A DNA stretch of 64,000 nucleotides from an uncultured delta proteobacterium. GTDB lineage: Bacteria > Desulfobacterota > Binatia > Binatales > Binataceae. The DNA lies in the NCBI GenBank assembly GCA_963710455.1, contig CAVQAG010000017.1, positions 68,064 to 132,063 of the forward strand, given 5' to 3'. The translations under genes and the position numbers were made by a program. Numbering within the stretch: the first letter of the stretch is position 1; every line of letters begins with the position of its first letter. This document shows positions 1 to 9,816 of the stretch, in pieces. Below the pieces are notes generated by a model. It was not told the origin of the DNA, searched no databases, and saw only the letters and a program-made list of their open reading frames with translations.

Positions 1-271
1 GCTGCGCAGATGGACCGGCGGTTGCGACGTGATCGAACTGCCGCTCGCGGCCGAGAGGCGGATGACGGCCGCGGAAGTTATTGACGCTATCGCGCGCGAA
101 CATCCGGGAATCCGCGACCGCGTGCTCGACGAGCAGGGCGAGCTTCGCCGTCACGTGAACATTTTCATCGACGGCGAAAACGCGCGCTTTGCGGGTGGGC
201 TCAAAGCCCAGGTCGGAGCCACCTCCGAGATGTGGATTCATCCAGCACTGTCGGGCGGCGCGCACGACTGA
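1..271 (+). CDS. MoaD/ThiS-family ubiquitin-like sulfur carrier (5' end outside window)
   Basis: Frame open from window start (LRRWTGG...). Motifs HPGIRDRVLDEQGELRRHVNIFIDGE and C-terminal PALSGG followed by AHD-stop. Confidence 0.85.
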   Translation, partial: LRRWTGGCDVIELPLAAERRMTAAEVIDAIAREHPGIRDRVLDEQGELRRHVNIFIDGENARFAGGLKAQVGATSEMWIHPALSGGAHD

Positions 272-280
272 CGCGCCCGG

Positions 281-1480
281 TCACATCAGCCTGTAGGCAC
301 GGGCGACGTTTTCGCCGAGGATCCCGCGCCGGCCCGTCTCGGTCATGGGCGCCACCATCCCGCGCAGCTCTTCAAGATAGTTGCCGGGATGGTCGGGATG
401 CGGGTAGTCGCTGGCCCAGAAAAATTTGTCTTCACCTACGTTGCGCATCATCCCGGCGATCGTGCGCTCGTCAGGATCCGCCGAGATGAAGCATCGCTCC
501 TTGAAATAGTGTGAAGGCTTTTCCTTAAGGCGCACGGTGCCGCCCAAAGACGTGCCGCTGTAAATTGCATCCGCGCGGTCGAAGAAATAGCCGATCCATC
601 CGGCGCCCGACTCCAGCACCACCGCCCGCAGGCCCGGAAAACGATCGAACGTGCCGCACTGGAAGAAAGTCGCGAAGGCGTGCTGTACGCCTTGGCCGGC
701 GAACAGGTCGTAGTACCAGACCGCCCAGCGGAAATTGTCGAAGCGATGGTGCACCGCGAAATCGGTCGGCTCAAAAGTCGGATGAACCGCGAGCGGAACG
801 TCGAGGTCCTGCGCCGCGGCGAACACGCGGTCGTGCGCCTTGTCGCCATGCGCGACCTTGGTGATCGTAAACGGTGCGACGAACGCGCCCTTGCATCCGT
901 CCTTCACCGCGCGCTCCAGTTCCGCCGCGGCGGCCGCGGGATCGCCGAGCGAGAGATGCGCGATCGGAATCAGGCGCCCGTCCGAATCGCGGCAGAAATC
1001 CGCGATCCAGCGGTTGTAGGCGCGGCAGTAGGCGGTCGAGATTTCCGCGTCGAAGCTCTCGGCTTCCCACATCAGGCCGAGCGTCGGATAGAGCACCGCC
1101 TTGGCCATCCCTTCGCGGTCGAGCAGGGCGACGCGCTCCTTCATGTCCATCGTGCCGAACGCCGCGCCCGTCAGGTACGTGTCGCCCGGACCCGGCGTCT
1201 GGTAGCGCAACTCCTCGGGCGAAAGCTCGCCGCTCATCGCGCGCTCGCGCATCCGCGCCGCGTCGGCGACCTTCTTGCCCATACCACCTAACGTGGCGAG
1301 CTGACCGCGGCGGCAGAGGCGCGAAATCTGGCGATCGATCTCCAGGTACTCGTAGCCGTCCTGACCGACGACGATCCGGATCGCGCGTTCGCGGTACTTG
1401 GGCTCGAGGTAACGCTCCCACAGATCGGGTGGTTCAAGAATATGCCCGTCGGCGTCGATGACTGTGACTTCGGAAGGCAT
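281..1480 (-). CDS. Amidohydrolase_2-family metal-dependent hydrolase/decarboxylase
   Basis: N-terminal IDADGH metal motif, AYNRW, LESGAGW, C-terminal SDYPHPD. Confidence 0.85.
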   Translation of the reverse strand: MPSEVTVIDADGHILEPPDLWERYLEPKYRERAIRIVVGQDGYEYLEIDRQISRLCRRGQLATLGGMGKKVADAARMRERAMSGELSPEELRYQTPGPGDTYLTGAAFGTMDMKERVALLDREGMAKAVLYPTLGLMWEAESFDAEISTAYCRAYNRWIADFCRDSDGRLIPIAHLSLGDPAAAAAELERAVKDGCKGAFVAPFTITKVAHGDKAHDRVFAAAQDLDVPLAVHPTFEPTDFAVHHRFDNFRWAVWYYDLFAGQGVQHAFATFFQCGTFDRFPGLRAVVLESGAGWIGYFFDRADAIYSGTSLGGTVRLKEKPSHYFKERCFISADPDERTIAGMMRNVGEDKFFWASDYPHPDHPGNYLEELRGMVAPMTETGRRGILGENVARAYRLM

Positions 1481-1499
1481 GTCTCTCTCCTTCTTTCCG

Positions 1500-2423
1500 T
1501 CAGAAAATCGCCACCGGATTTACCGGCGACGCGGTGCCTCGCTCGAGGATGAGCGGCAGCATCGTGAACATGAATTCGTAACGCTCCAGGCGTGCGCAGG
1601 CGGCGCCGAGCGCGTCCAGGTCGGCGTTGTCGATCAGATGCACGCCCATAGCCACCAGCATCCCGACGTGGATCGGAAATATCAGCTCGTTGCCGTAGCC
1701 GGTCGGGAGCACGTCGCTCACCCCATCGCACCCAAGCACCGCGATCTGCCGCTCGTGGAGCCAGGGCAGGCAACTCGGATCGAGGCCCGCCATCCCCTCG
1801 TTGCGGCTGTCCCACGGGCCGAGCTTCTTCTGCCGCGCCATCCGCCCCGTCCGTATCAGCAGCACATCACCTTCCTCGACGCGCACGCGAGCCGCTCGTT
1901 CTGCAGCGTCGAGGTCCTCGGGAAAGACGCGCTCGCTCAGCTCCATCCACTCGACGTGCTTAAGGCGCGCGATATCGAGCAGGATCCCGCGGCTCACGAT
2001 CCCCTCGCGCGCGACGTCGATCCCGCACTTGCGTGTGCCCCACCGTCCGACCTCGCTGGAACTGAAGCCGTTGTACATCTTGCGCTCCCAGAACACGTGG
2101 CAAAGCGCGTCGAGATGAGTAAACGCCATCCCATGCGGCGCGATCGCGAAGTAGTCCAGCGCGGCGGCGAGGCCGGGTCCTGAGTAAAGCATCACGTGCG
2201 TGACCGGCGTGGGATTGTCGGGGCCCGAAGTGGTCGCGAGTGGTAGCGCCATCGAGACCGTCTCGCCGCTTTGCACCAGGCGGCCGGCAGCGGCGCGCTT
2301 TTGCGGTGTGATGAAGTTGAGCGCGCCGCGCTCGTCGTCCTTGCCCCAGCGGCCCCAGTTGCTGAGCTTCTCGAACAGGCCCTTCACTTCGGCGGCGCTT
2401 AGCCTGGGTGTAGTAGTGCCCAT
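1500..2423 (-). CDS. Cyclase-family (kynurenine formamidase-like) metallohydrolase
   Basis: SNWGRWGKDDERGALN, HGxxxTHLDALCH, GDVLLIRTG, GTASPVNP. Lies 19 bp upstream of the amidohydrolase on the same strand. Confidence 0.85.
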   Translation of the reverse strand: MGTTTPRLSAAEVKGLFEKLSNWGRWGKDDERGALNFITPQKRAAAGRLVQSGETVSMALPLATTSGPDNPTPVTHVMLYSGPGLAAALDYFAIAPHGMAFTHLDALCHVFWERKMYNGFSSSEVGRWGTRKCGIDVAREGIVSRGILLDIARLKHVEWMELSERVFPEDLDAAERAARVRVEEGDVLLIRTGRMARQKKLGPWDSRNEGMAGLDPSCLPWLHERQIAVLGCDGVSDVLPTGYGNELIFPIHVGMLVAMGVHLIDNADLDALGAACARLERYEFMFTMLPLILERGTASPVNPVAIF

Positions 2424-2520
2424 CGGCTTCTCCCGTGTTCGGCTCTCCCGTGATCGGTTTGCCCAAGTCCGTCCAATAGCATGTCACGGCTGATACCGAC
2501 TAGCCGCCACTCCAGGTGAT

Positions 2521-4101
2521 ATGATCCAAGCAACGGCGATAAAGCTACGGGCGAGTTTAGCACCGCAGGAGTTTCAGCAATTGGGCAATCGCGATATCGA
2601 AGCGGCCCGCACCTATCACGCGGTGACCAAGCATTCGTACACCAGCGTGCGGACGGACGGGCATTTCCTGGACTGGCAGAACCGTCCGATGCCGTACAAG
2701 CTCTACCCTGAAGTGTCGGGACTCGCGTTGCCACGCGACTTGAGCCTCGCGCGAGTCCCGGTGCTAGAGGCGACTGCGGCTGGCGATCCGCCCGGCGGTG
2801 ACGCCGAACTTACGCTCGAGGCGCTCACGCGAATTCTGTTTTGCGCGGACGGGCTGACGCGACGCACCAGGATCGGCGGCCAGGACTATCACTTCCGTGC
2901 CGCCCCATCTGCGGGCGCGCTTTACCCGGTCGAAATTTATGCCGCGGTTGCCGAAATAGGCGAACTGGAGCGGGGGCTCTATCATTTTTCGCCCGCCGAC
3001 TTGCGCCTGCGCGGATTGCGCCGCGGGGACTGGCGCGGGCTGATAGCGCGAGCGGCGGCGGGACGTCCCTCACTACTTCGAGCGCGCGCAGTGATCGCGC
3101 TGAGCGCGATTTTCTGGCGCAGCACGTGGAAGTATCGCGCACGCGCCTATCGCTACTGCTTCTGGGACACCGGTACGATACTCGCCAACCTGCTCGCCGC
3201 CGCTGGGGCCGAGGGCCTGTCCACCGAACTGATCACTGCCTTTGCGGACCCAGAGATCGAGGCGCTGCTCGGGATCGATGGCGTACGCGAGGGCGCACTA
3301 TGCCTCGTCGCGCTCGGTGATGGTACCGACGCGCCCAGCGCCGAGCCGGAATTGCGGGCGCTCGATCTCGAGACGATTCCACTCTCGCGCGAGGAAGTCG
3401 GCTATCCGGACTTGGTGCGGATGCATCAGGCGTCCCGCTTGCTCAGTCCCGACGAAGTGGCCGCCCTGGTCGACGCGAGATTCGATTCGGCACCGCCGCC
3501 CACCTCGCCGGGGAGCGTTGTAAAGCCACCGTTCCTTGATACGAGCGCGGGGCTGGGTCTCGGCGAGACGATTTTAAGACGCGGATCGACGCGCGTTTTC
3601 GCGCACCAGGCGATCACGGCCGAGGAACTGGCGACGATCATGGCCGCCTCGAGCCGCCATCCGCGTGCCGACTTCCCGCCGCTCAGCGATGCCTATTTGA
3701 TCGTGAACGCGGTCGACGGGATTGAGCCGGGGGCATACTACTACCGGCGGCAAAGCGGCGAGTTTGAATTACTGAGAGCCGGCAATTTCCGCCGCGAGGC
3801 CGGTTATCTCTGTCTCGAGCAGCCCCTCGGTGCCGATTGCTCCGCACTCATCTGCTATATGGCCGACTTCGAGCGCGTTCTCGGCGCATTCGGCAATCGG
3901 GGGTACCGCGATGCTCACCTGGAGGCCGGATTACACGGCGGCCGCGCCTATCTGGCGGCCTATGCGTTGGGACGCGGAGCGACCGGGCTGACCTTTTATG
4001 ATGACGACACTGCGAAGTTTTTCGCACCGCACGCCGCCGGGAAGAGCCCGCTCCTGATGGTCGCAATCGGCGTGCCGCGCTCGTCCGACGACGAAACCTG
4101 A
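2521..4101 (+). CDS. SagB/ThcOx-family FMN dehydrogenase with two nitroreductase domains (true start may be ~2581)
   Basis: YHxxTKH, RAAPSAGALYP, WKYRARAYRY in domain 1; RRGSTR, RGYRDAHLEAG, GATGLTFYDD in domain 2. Confidence 0.85.
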   Translation: MIQATAIKLRASLAPQEFQQLGNRDIEAARTYHAVTKHSYTSVRTDGHFLDWQNRPMPYKLYPEVSGLALPRDLSLARVPVLEATAAGDPPGGDAELTLEALTRILFCADGLTRRTRIGGQDYHFRAAPSAGALYPVEIYAAVAEIGELERGLYHFSPADLRLRGLRRGDWRGLIARAAAGRPSLLRARAVIALSAIFWRSTWKYRARAYRYCFWDTGTILANLLAAAGAEGLSTELITAFADPEIEALLGIDGVREGALCLVALGDGTDAPSAEPELRALDLETIPLSREEVGYPDLVRMHQASRLLSPDEVAALVDARFDSAPPPTSPGSVVKPPFLDTSAGLGLGETILRRGSTRVFAHQAITAEELATIMAASSRHPRADFPPLSDAYLIVNAVDGIEPGAYYYRRQSGEFELLRAGNFRREAGYLCLEQPLGADCSALICYMADFERVLGAFGNRGYRDAHLEAGLHGGRAYLAAYALGRGATGLTFYDDDTAKFFAPHAAGKSPLLMVAIGVPRSSDDET

Positions 4102-4123
4102 CGCGGGCGGCTCGCCTGCAGCC

Positions 4124-4834
4124 CTAGCCTCGACTGCGCGATGCCCGCGGCGCGCGCTCCGTCGTCTGAGCCGTTACGCGAACAGCCGTCACGGCAACGG
4201 CCGCTTCGACCGCCGCTGTCATCATCTCCAAGGTCATGCTCGGCGCTTGGCGATGGCGCACCGCCTGGCGTGCGGCATACGGCAGATGGATGAACCCGGC
4301 GGGAATCTCTGGCCAGGCGCGTAACGTGTATAGGGTCGCGTACATCACCGAGTTGCACACGTATGCGCCTGCGCTGAGCGAGAGCGCTGCGGGGATTCCG
4401 CGGCGTTCGAGTGTGCGGAATATCGCGTGCAACGGAAGCCGCGCGAAAAGCGCATCTGCTCCGCCACGCACGACAGGCGTTCCGGCAAGACCGCCATCGC
4501 TCTCGCGCCGGGCTCGCCGCTCAACCAGGTTGATTGCGACCTTCTCCAGCGAAACCGCGGGTCGACCGCCCGCCTGCCCGAGGCCGAGCACGGCGCGCGG
4601 GCGAAATCGACGGATCGCCGCCGTAATCGCGCGCACCGCACGCGGCGTGCTGACCGGCAGCCTTACCGCTTTGACGACGAGCCCGCCGATCTCGCGCCCG
4701 TCGAGTTGCGCGGCGACCTCCCAGGACGGATTGCTACGCTCGCCGCCGAACGGCTCGAAACCGCTCAGCAGCAGCACGCCGCGCACCCGGTCGGCTTGAA
4801 CACGCTGCGCTTGCGAGCGCTTCACACGTTTCAT
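4124..4834 (-). CDS. pcp: Pyroglutamyl-peptidase I
   Basis: GFEPFGGERSNPS, GQAGGR, catalytic E (SLEKVAIN), C (AYVCN), H (FIHLP). ATG overlaps upstream stop (ATGA, 4831-4834). Confidence 0.9.
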   Translation of the reverse strand: MKRVKRSQAQRVQADRVRGVLLLSGFEPFGGERSNPSWEVAAQLDGREIGGLVVKAVRLPVSTPRAVRAITAAIRRFRPRAVLGLGQAGGRPAVSLEKVAINLVERRARRESDGGLAGTPVVRGGADALFARLPLHAIFRTLERRGIPAALSLSAGAYVCNSVMYATLYTLRAWPEIPAGFIHLPYAARQAVRHRQAPSMTLEMMTAAVEAAVAVTAVRVTAQTTERAPRASRSRG

Positions 4835-5658
4835 TTGCGGCGCGGACGCTCGATCGGCAGGTCTTCGCGATTGCCCCATTCGCCCCACGACCCGATGTAG
4901 TTGCGGACGCGATCGAACCCCGCGATCCTGAGCGCGTAGTACGCATTGGCCGAGCGATAGCCGCCCTGACAATACGGAACGATTTCGGCTTCTGGACGGA
5001 GCCCCAACTGCTCGAAGGCGGCGCGCAACTCGGCGGACGGCTTGAATGCGCCTGTTGCGGCTACATTGTTGACCCAATCCAGATGGACCGCGCCGGGCAA
5101 TGCTCCCGCCCGCCGCGCGCGTACGCGCTCGCCAAAGTATTCCTCGTCGGTGCGAACATCAAAAATTCGCACGTCAGCATGGCCGAGCCGTTCGACGAGG
5201 TATTCGTTGGAGGCAAAAATCTCCTCGCGGGGCACCGCCACAAACGCGCTTGGCATGATCGGCTCGACCGCGGTAGTCAGTTCCGCGCGCGCGAGTTTCA
5301 AGCCGCCGTCGAGAATACGCACGCGCCGATGGCCCATGTACTCGGCGAGCCACGCCACACGCGTCGCGCGCATCCCGGAGTCGTTTTCATAGCACACCAG
5401 CGTTTCGTCACTGGTGATACCGAGTGCCGAAAAGATCCATTCGAGCTGCGCGCGCAATTCGCGCATCCCGGACTCGCCGGTATCCACGTGGTGAAACGGA
5501 AACGGATCGAAATGCCGCGCGCGAGGCAAATGGCCGGCGCGAAAGTCGGCCGCCGGGCGCGTATCAACCAGCACCACCCTTGCATCCGTGCGATGTTCAG
5601 CGAGCCAGCGCGCGTCGACCAAGATCTCGTTTTGATTTCGCTCTTGTCCAGCCATCAT
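4831..5658 (-). CDS. Two-domain sulfurtransferase (rhodanese/SseA-like)
   Basis: GHLPRA, ILDGG, DVRTDEEY, active-site YCQGGYRS, YIGSWGEW. Confidence 0.9.
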   Translation of the reverse strand: MMAGQERNQNEILVDARWLAEHRTDARVVLVDTRPAADFRAGHLPRARHFDPFPFHHVDTGESGMRELRAQLEWIFSALGITSDETLVCYENDSGMRATRVAWLAEYMGHRRVRILDGGLKLARAELTTAVEPIMPSAFVAVPREEIFASNEYLVERLGHADVRIFDVRTDEEYFGERVRARRAGALPGAVHLDWVNNVAATGAFKPSAELRAAFEQLGLRPEAEIVPYCQGGYRSANAYYALRIAGFDRVRNYIGSWGEWGNREDLPIERPRRK

Positions 5659-5698
5659 GTTCCTCTCATTATCAATATGTGCGGACTGGGAGCATGCA

Positions 5699-6796
5699 TT
5701 ACGACGGTTCGCGCTCTTTGGTTGACGGAGCGCTGCCGACTGCCTGGGCTATCGAATTCAGCCCATCGCGTTGCAGCAATTCCAGTAAGCCTTGCTTGAT
5801 TTGTCGCACCACGTCGGGTCCCTCATAAACCAGCCCCGTGTATAACTCGACCAGGCTCGCGCCAGCGCAAATCAGACCATAGGCGTCCTCAGCGGCGAAA
5901 ACTCCGCCGACGCCAATTATTGGCATCCTGCTGCCGGTGCGGCGGCGAATCTCCGCAACCATCGCGCGCGCTCGCGTCCTAAGCGGCGCTCCGCTTAGCC
6001 CACCCTCGTGCTCCGTCCGCACGCCGACCGCCTCGCGCGCGGTCGTGGTGTTGCAAGCGACCAGACCGTCGACACCGTTTACGGAGACCGCCTCACATAC
6101 TGAGGCGAGCACCGGCGCGTTAAGATCGGGCCCAAGCTTTACCAGCACGGGTCTTCGCGGAGTTAGCTTCACGGCCTCGGCCAGAATTGGACGCATCAGG
6201 GGTGCAAGGCGCGCCGCAGATTGCCAATCGCGCAATCCCGGCGTATTCGGTGAACTCACATTGATCACGATAAAGTCGGCCAGCGGGCCCAGCCGCGTGA
6301 CCAGCGTCGCGTAATCTTCCGCCACGCGCTCCTGCGGCGTGTCCTTGTTGGGCCCAAGGTTCAATCCCAACCGAATATTCAAGCCGCCAGAGCGTAGACG
6401 TTGAAGCTGGCGCACCGCTGCTTCCATCCCCGCGCTTGGAAAGCCCAGGCGATTCACCAGGGCGCGATGCTCGGGCAAACGCCATAAGCGCGGGCGGGGA
6501 TTGCCGGGCTGCGCCAGCGGCGTCACCGTACCTAACTCGGCGAAACCGAAACCCACTGCCTGCCATCCGGCGACCGCGCGTATATCCTTGTCCATCCCGG
6601 CCGCGAGTCCGATCGGATTGGAAAACCGTATGCCCCATGCCGCGACGGCGAGCGCGGGCGGATCGGGCGCCGGCTTGCGCAGCATCGCGAGCGGCCTCAT
6701 CATCGCGATTGTCAATCGATGCGCGCGCTCGGGGTCGAGTTGAAACAGCAGCGGCCGCAGGATGCGGTGGTAGGAGGTCTCGAGGGGCGGCGTCAT
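5699..6796 (-). CDS. pyrD: Quinone-dependent dihydroorotate dehydrogenase (class 2)
   Basis: GLAAGMDK, QPGNPRPRL, NRLGF, NVSSPNTPGLR, GGLSG, IIGVGG. Start taken at the ATG of MTPPLETSY. Confidence 0.93.
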   Translation of the reverse strand: MTPPLETSYHRILRPLLFQLDPERAHRLTIAMMRPLAMLRKPAPDPPALAVAAWGIRFSNPIGLAAGMDKDIRAVAGWQAVGFGFAELGTVTPLAQPGNPRPRLWRLPEHRALVNRLGFPSAGMEAAVRQLQRLRSGGLNIRLGLNLGPNKDTPQERVAEDYATLVTRLGPLADFIVINVSSPNTPGLRDWQSAARLAPLMRPILAEAVKLTPRRPVLVKLGPDLNAPVLASVCEAVSVNGVDGLVACNTTTAREAVGVRTEHEGGLSGAPLRTRARAMVAEIRRRTGSRMPIIGVGGVFAAEDAYGLICAGASLVELYTGLVYEGPDVVRQIKQGLLELLQRDGLNSIAQAVGSAPSTKEREPS

Positions 6797-6932
6797 GACC
6801 GGGAATCTAGGAGTCTCGGCGGCGATCCGCAATGGCAGCGGTAACCGTCTGTTGATGGAGTTGATAATGGCGCCTGCGGCGATTACCTTCCCCGCGCGTG
6901 TGAAATAGACTGTGCATGAGGATGCCAGTGCG

Positions 6933-7772
6933 ATGACGACGACGAATAACGGCCGGGCCGAGATGCAGGTCAAGCTTGTCGACTACGCGAGCGACCCGCT
7001 GGAGAAACTCTATGCGGCGTTCCGCACCTGCTACTCGTCTGATTCGCCGATCGAGGTGTGGGAGAAGATCAGGACGGAAAAGATCAGCCACGAGCGGATT
7101 CGCGAGTTCATCGCGGAGCGTCTCAAGACCGGTCACGCCTCGCCGCTGGAGCAGATCGTGTTCTGGTTCGCGATCTCCGGCGTCTCGCGCTCGCTCTCGC
7201 ATCAGTTCGTCCGCCATCGTATCGGCATCAGCTTTGAGCAGCAGAGTCAGCGCTACGTCAAGTTCAAGCAGGATCGGCTGGCCTTCGTGATGCCCGAATC
7301 GTGGCGCCGCGCCGGAATGGCGGAAGAGTTCGCCGGGTTGCTCGAACGCACCTCGGAGCTCTACGCTCGCGCGCTCAAGGCGGGGATTCCCGCCGAGGAC
7401 GCGCGTTTCGTGCTGCCCAACGCGGCGCCGACGAACTTTCACGTGATGGTGAATTTCGCCGAGATGCTGCATATCTGTGACCTACGTCTGTGCGTGCGCG
7501 CCCAGTGGGAGATCCGGCGGATGGTGGCGATGATGCGGGCGCAGATAAAACACGTGCTGCCGGAGATCGCCGTGTTCCTGCAGCCCAAGTGCGGCGAGAA
7601 CCGAATGGGCTATTGCGACGAGTCGCTTGAGGACTGGCAGAAATGTCCCCTGGGCCGCGTGCGCCCGCACAAGTCCAGCCTGTTTGAACTTTACGAACGC
7701 CACGGCACTCGCAAGGCCGAAGCTCTGGGCGAGACGGAATTCCGCGCAGTGGAAGAGAAGGAACTTCTTTAG
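6933..7772 (+). CDS. thyX: FAD-dependent thymidylate synthase
   Basis: GHASPLEQ, ThyX signature RHRIGISFEQQSQRY, EDARFVLPNA, RAQWEIR. Confidence 0.93.
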   Translation: MTTTNNGRAEMQVKLVDYASDPLEKLYAAFRTCYSSDSPIEVWEKIRTEKISHERIREFIAERLKTGHASPLEQIVFWFAISGVSRSLSHQFVRHRIGISFEQQSQRYVKFKQDRLAFVMPESWRRAGMAEEFAGLLERTSELYARALKAGIPAEDARFVLPNAAPTNFHVMVNFAEMLHICDLRLCVRAQWEIRRMVAMMRAQIKHVLPEIAVFLQPKCGENRMGYCDESLEDWQKCPLGRVRPHKSSLFELYERHGTRKAEALGETEFRAVEEKELL

Positions 7773-7830
7773 TCGAACCCTCTTCACACTCGTGCAACCG
7801 GCGGATAAACCCGCTGGAATCGGAAACTTG

Positions 7831-7855
7831 GCGAATATATTTGAAATATATTTGC
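7831..7855. promoter_or_regulatory. AT-rich near-perfect palindrome upstream of the UDG gene (candidate operator)
   Basis: GCGAATATATTT-G-AAATATATTTGC: 12 bp arms, one mismatch, 1 nt spacer. Confidence 0.4.
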
Positions 7856-7890
7856 GACTAGGTTCGTAACCAAATCCGGAGCCGGGTCGA

Positions 7891-8598
7891 TTGAACGAGG
7901 AATTCGATACGGCATCGAACCGTTTGCGCGTGTTGCGGGCCGCGATGCTCGGCTGTGTGCGATGCGACGCGCTGGTCAGATGCCGCTCGCAAGTGGTGCC
8001 GGGCCACGGCGCAGCGCCGGCGACGGTGGCATTCGTGGGGTTGGCGCCTGGACGCCTCGGCGGCGACCGCACGGGAATTCCATTTAATGGAGACCGTTCG
8101 GGAGAACTCCTGCGCCTGATGATCGCCGGAGCCGATCTGGGCCGCGTCTTCATTACCAATCTGGTTCGGTGCAACCCGCGTGACGAGCGCGGCCGCAACC
8201 GCGATCCCAGCCCGCCCGAGGTAGCCAATTGCCGTGACCACCTGGCGGCCGAGCTTGCCGTGGTCCGTCCGCGAGTCGTCGTCTGTTTGGGGACCGTGGC
8301 CTGGCGCGAGATGGCAGGGCGCAAGGTGCCGTTTCAGCCGCGCCGTCCTGCCCCAGTGAGCGATGGAGGGATACTGCTATATCCTATGTATCATCCGGCT
8401 TATGTCGTGCGCGGCGCTTACCGGACACGGGCATACGCTCGTGATTTTGCGCGGCTCGCAGAGCTGATTCGCTGGTTGGTAGGCTCTCGCAGACAGACTG
8501 GCGCACGATGGGCGAGCGATCTACTCGTTCCAACCGCATTGCGACTTGGGGATGATTTGAAGTCTTCACCATCCTTTTTGACCGGGCTCCGGTCATAA
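7891..8598 (+). CDS. Uracil-DNA glycosylase, Fe-S type (family 5-like GLAP motif)
   Basis: CVRC, GLAPGRLGGDRTGIPF, TNLVRCNP, NC, YHPAY. Confidence 0.85.
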   Translation: MNEEFDTASNRLRVLRAAMLGCVRCDALVRCRSQVVPGHGAAPATVAFVGLAPGRLGGDRTGIPFNGDRSGELLRLMIAGADLGRVFITNLVRCNPRDERGRNRDPSPPEVANCRDHLAAELAVVRPRVVVCLGTVAWREMAGRKVPFQPRRPAPVSDGGILLYPMYHPAYVVRGAYRTRAYARDFARLAELIRWLVGSRRQTGARWASDLLVPTALRLGDDLKSSPSFLTGLRS

Positions 8599-8746
8599 CG
8601 GCCGAATGGTTGAAGCAGTCAGTTTTCGCCGTCCAGCCCGTGCAGTTTGGGCCGGGCGAGATCGGCATCGATGTGCAGTCCGGGCAGGGGTGACGAATGC
8701 GGCGGGCTTAGCCATTCGCCGCAAGTGCGTCCACCTGGCCGGAGCC

Positions 8747-9055
8747 CTAGCGGTCGCGGCCTCCGCCGCCGCCCCCGCCTCCTGGGCGCCGCTCGCGATC
8801 GTTACCACTGCGAGCTTGAGCCTCATTGACGCGAATGGGGCGTCCCTTGATATCTCTGCCGTTGAGCTTTTTGATCGCCGCCTCCGCGGCATCGTCCGAG
8901 GCCATCTCGACGAAGCCAAAGCCGCGGGACCGATTGGTCGCGCGATCGATGATGACCTGGGAACTGTCTACCTTACCCGCCTCCGAGAACGCGTCCTGCA
9001 GATCCTGGTCGGTGACAGTCCAAGCTAAGTTCCCCACATACAGTCTACGGCCCAT
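8747..9055 (-). CDS. RRM RNA-binding protein with Gly-rich tail
   Basis: RNP2 LYVGNL, RNP1 RGFGFVEM, GRPIRVNEA, GGGGGGG tail. Confidence 0.95.
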   Translation of the reverse strand: MGRRLYVGNLAWTVTDQDLQDAFSEAGKVDSSQVIIDRATNRSRGFGFVEMASDDAAEAAIKKLNGRDIKGRPIRVNEAQARSGNDRERRPGGGGGGGGRDR

Positions 9056-9816
9056 TCAGAACTCTCCTACTCACCCTTGCCACCAGATGCTCAGGCGCAT
9101 CGCGCAATTCTGCGCGCCTTCCCTGAGCAAAACGATCGTCGGAATTCTCCAGCGAACCATCCAATCTCAAAAGCGACTATCGCAACGCGCCCGCGTCCAA
9201 AATAGCGTATTTTTTATAGCACCGAGTCAAATCTAAACATAGCGTTACCACAACATGGCGCATTATAGCAGATTGATGTTTTAAGATGCTTTACCGTTTG
9301 CGCGATCGAGCGCTGCGAAGCGTGCGGCCTCGCGACCCGTCACATTCATCGAGCACCGACGGAGAAATGGGTGCGCCTCTTAAGTTGTTCATTCATATCG
9401 CTGTTATCGATCTCGATGAGCGGTGCTACTTCGTATTCCACTAAGCTTGCAGGTGAAGTACTTGGCAGTTTCTTTTCTGGAACGACAGATTCGAATAGCT
9501 CAATCGGAAAGCTCAGAGATCGTACGAGACACTACGACGACGCGACAGTCGCGTTAATAAAGTTTAGCGAAAATCCGCATCGCTCATCGGTCCGAGCTGG
9601 AGCCTGAGTTTCACTTCATTATTCATGCTATTTATGCGACTAAGGTGCGCGCGGATGTATCGTGGCACTCGATATATTGCCGATAGCCATGAACTACTAA
9701 ACGCTGTAGTATGAATGCATATGTTCGGCAAAATGCTTGTGAATCGGATGCCCGTTGTGTAGCGTGATACGGCTTTACGTTTTGCCGAAACGCATTTCGT
9801 TCAAGGAGACTATTGG

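Noticed and set aside
2521-4101. Azole-containing RiPP cluster
   Set aside because: No YcaO cyclodehydratase, E1-like partner or plausible precursor peptide nearby.
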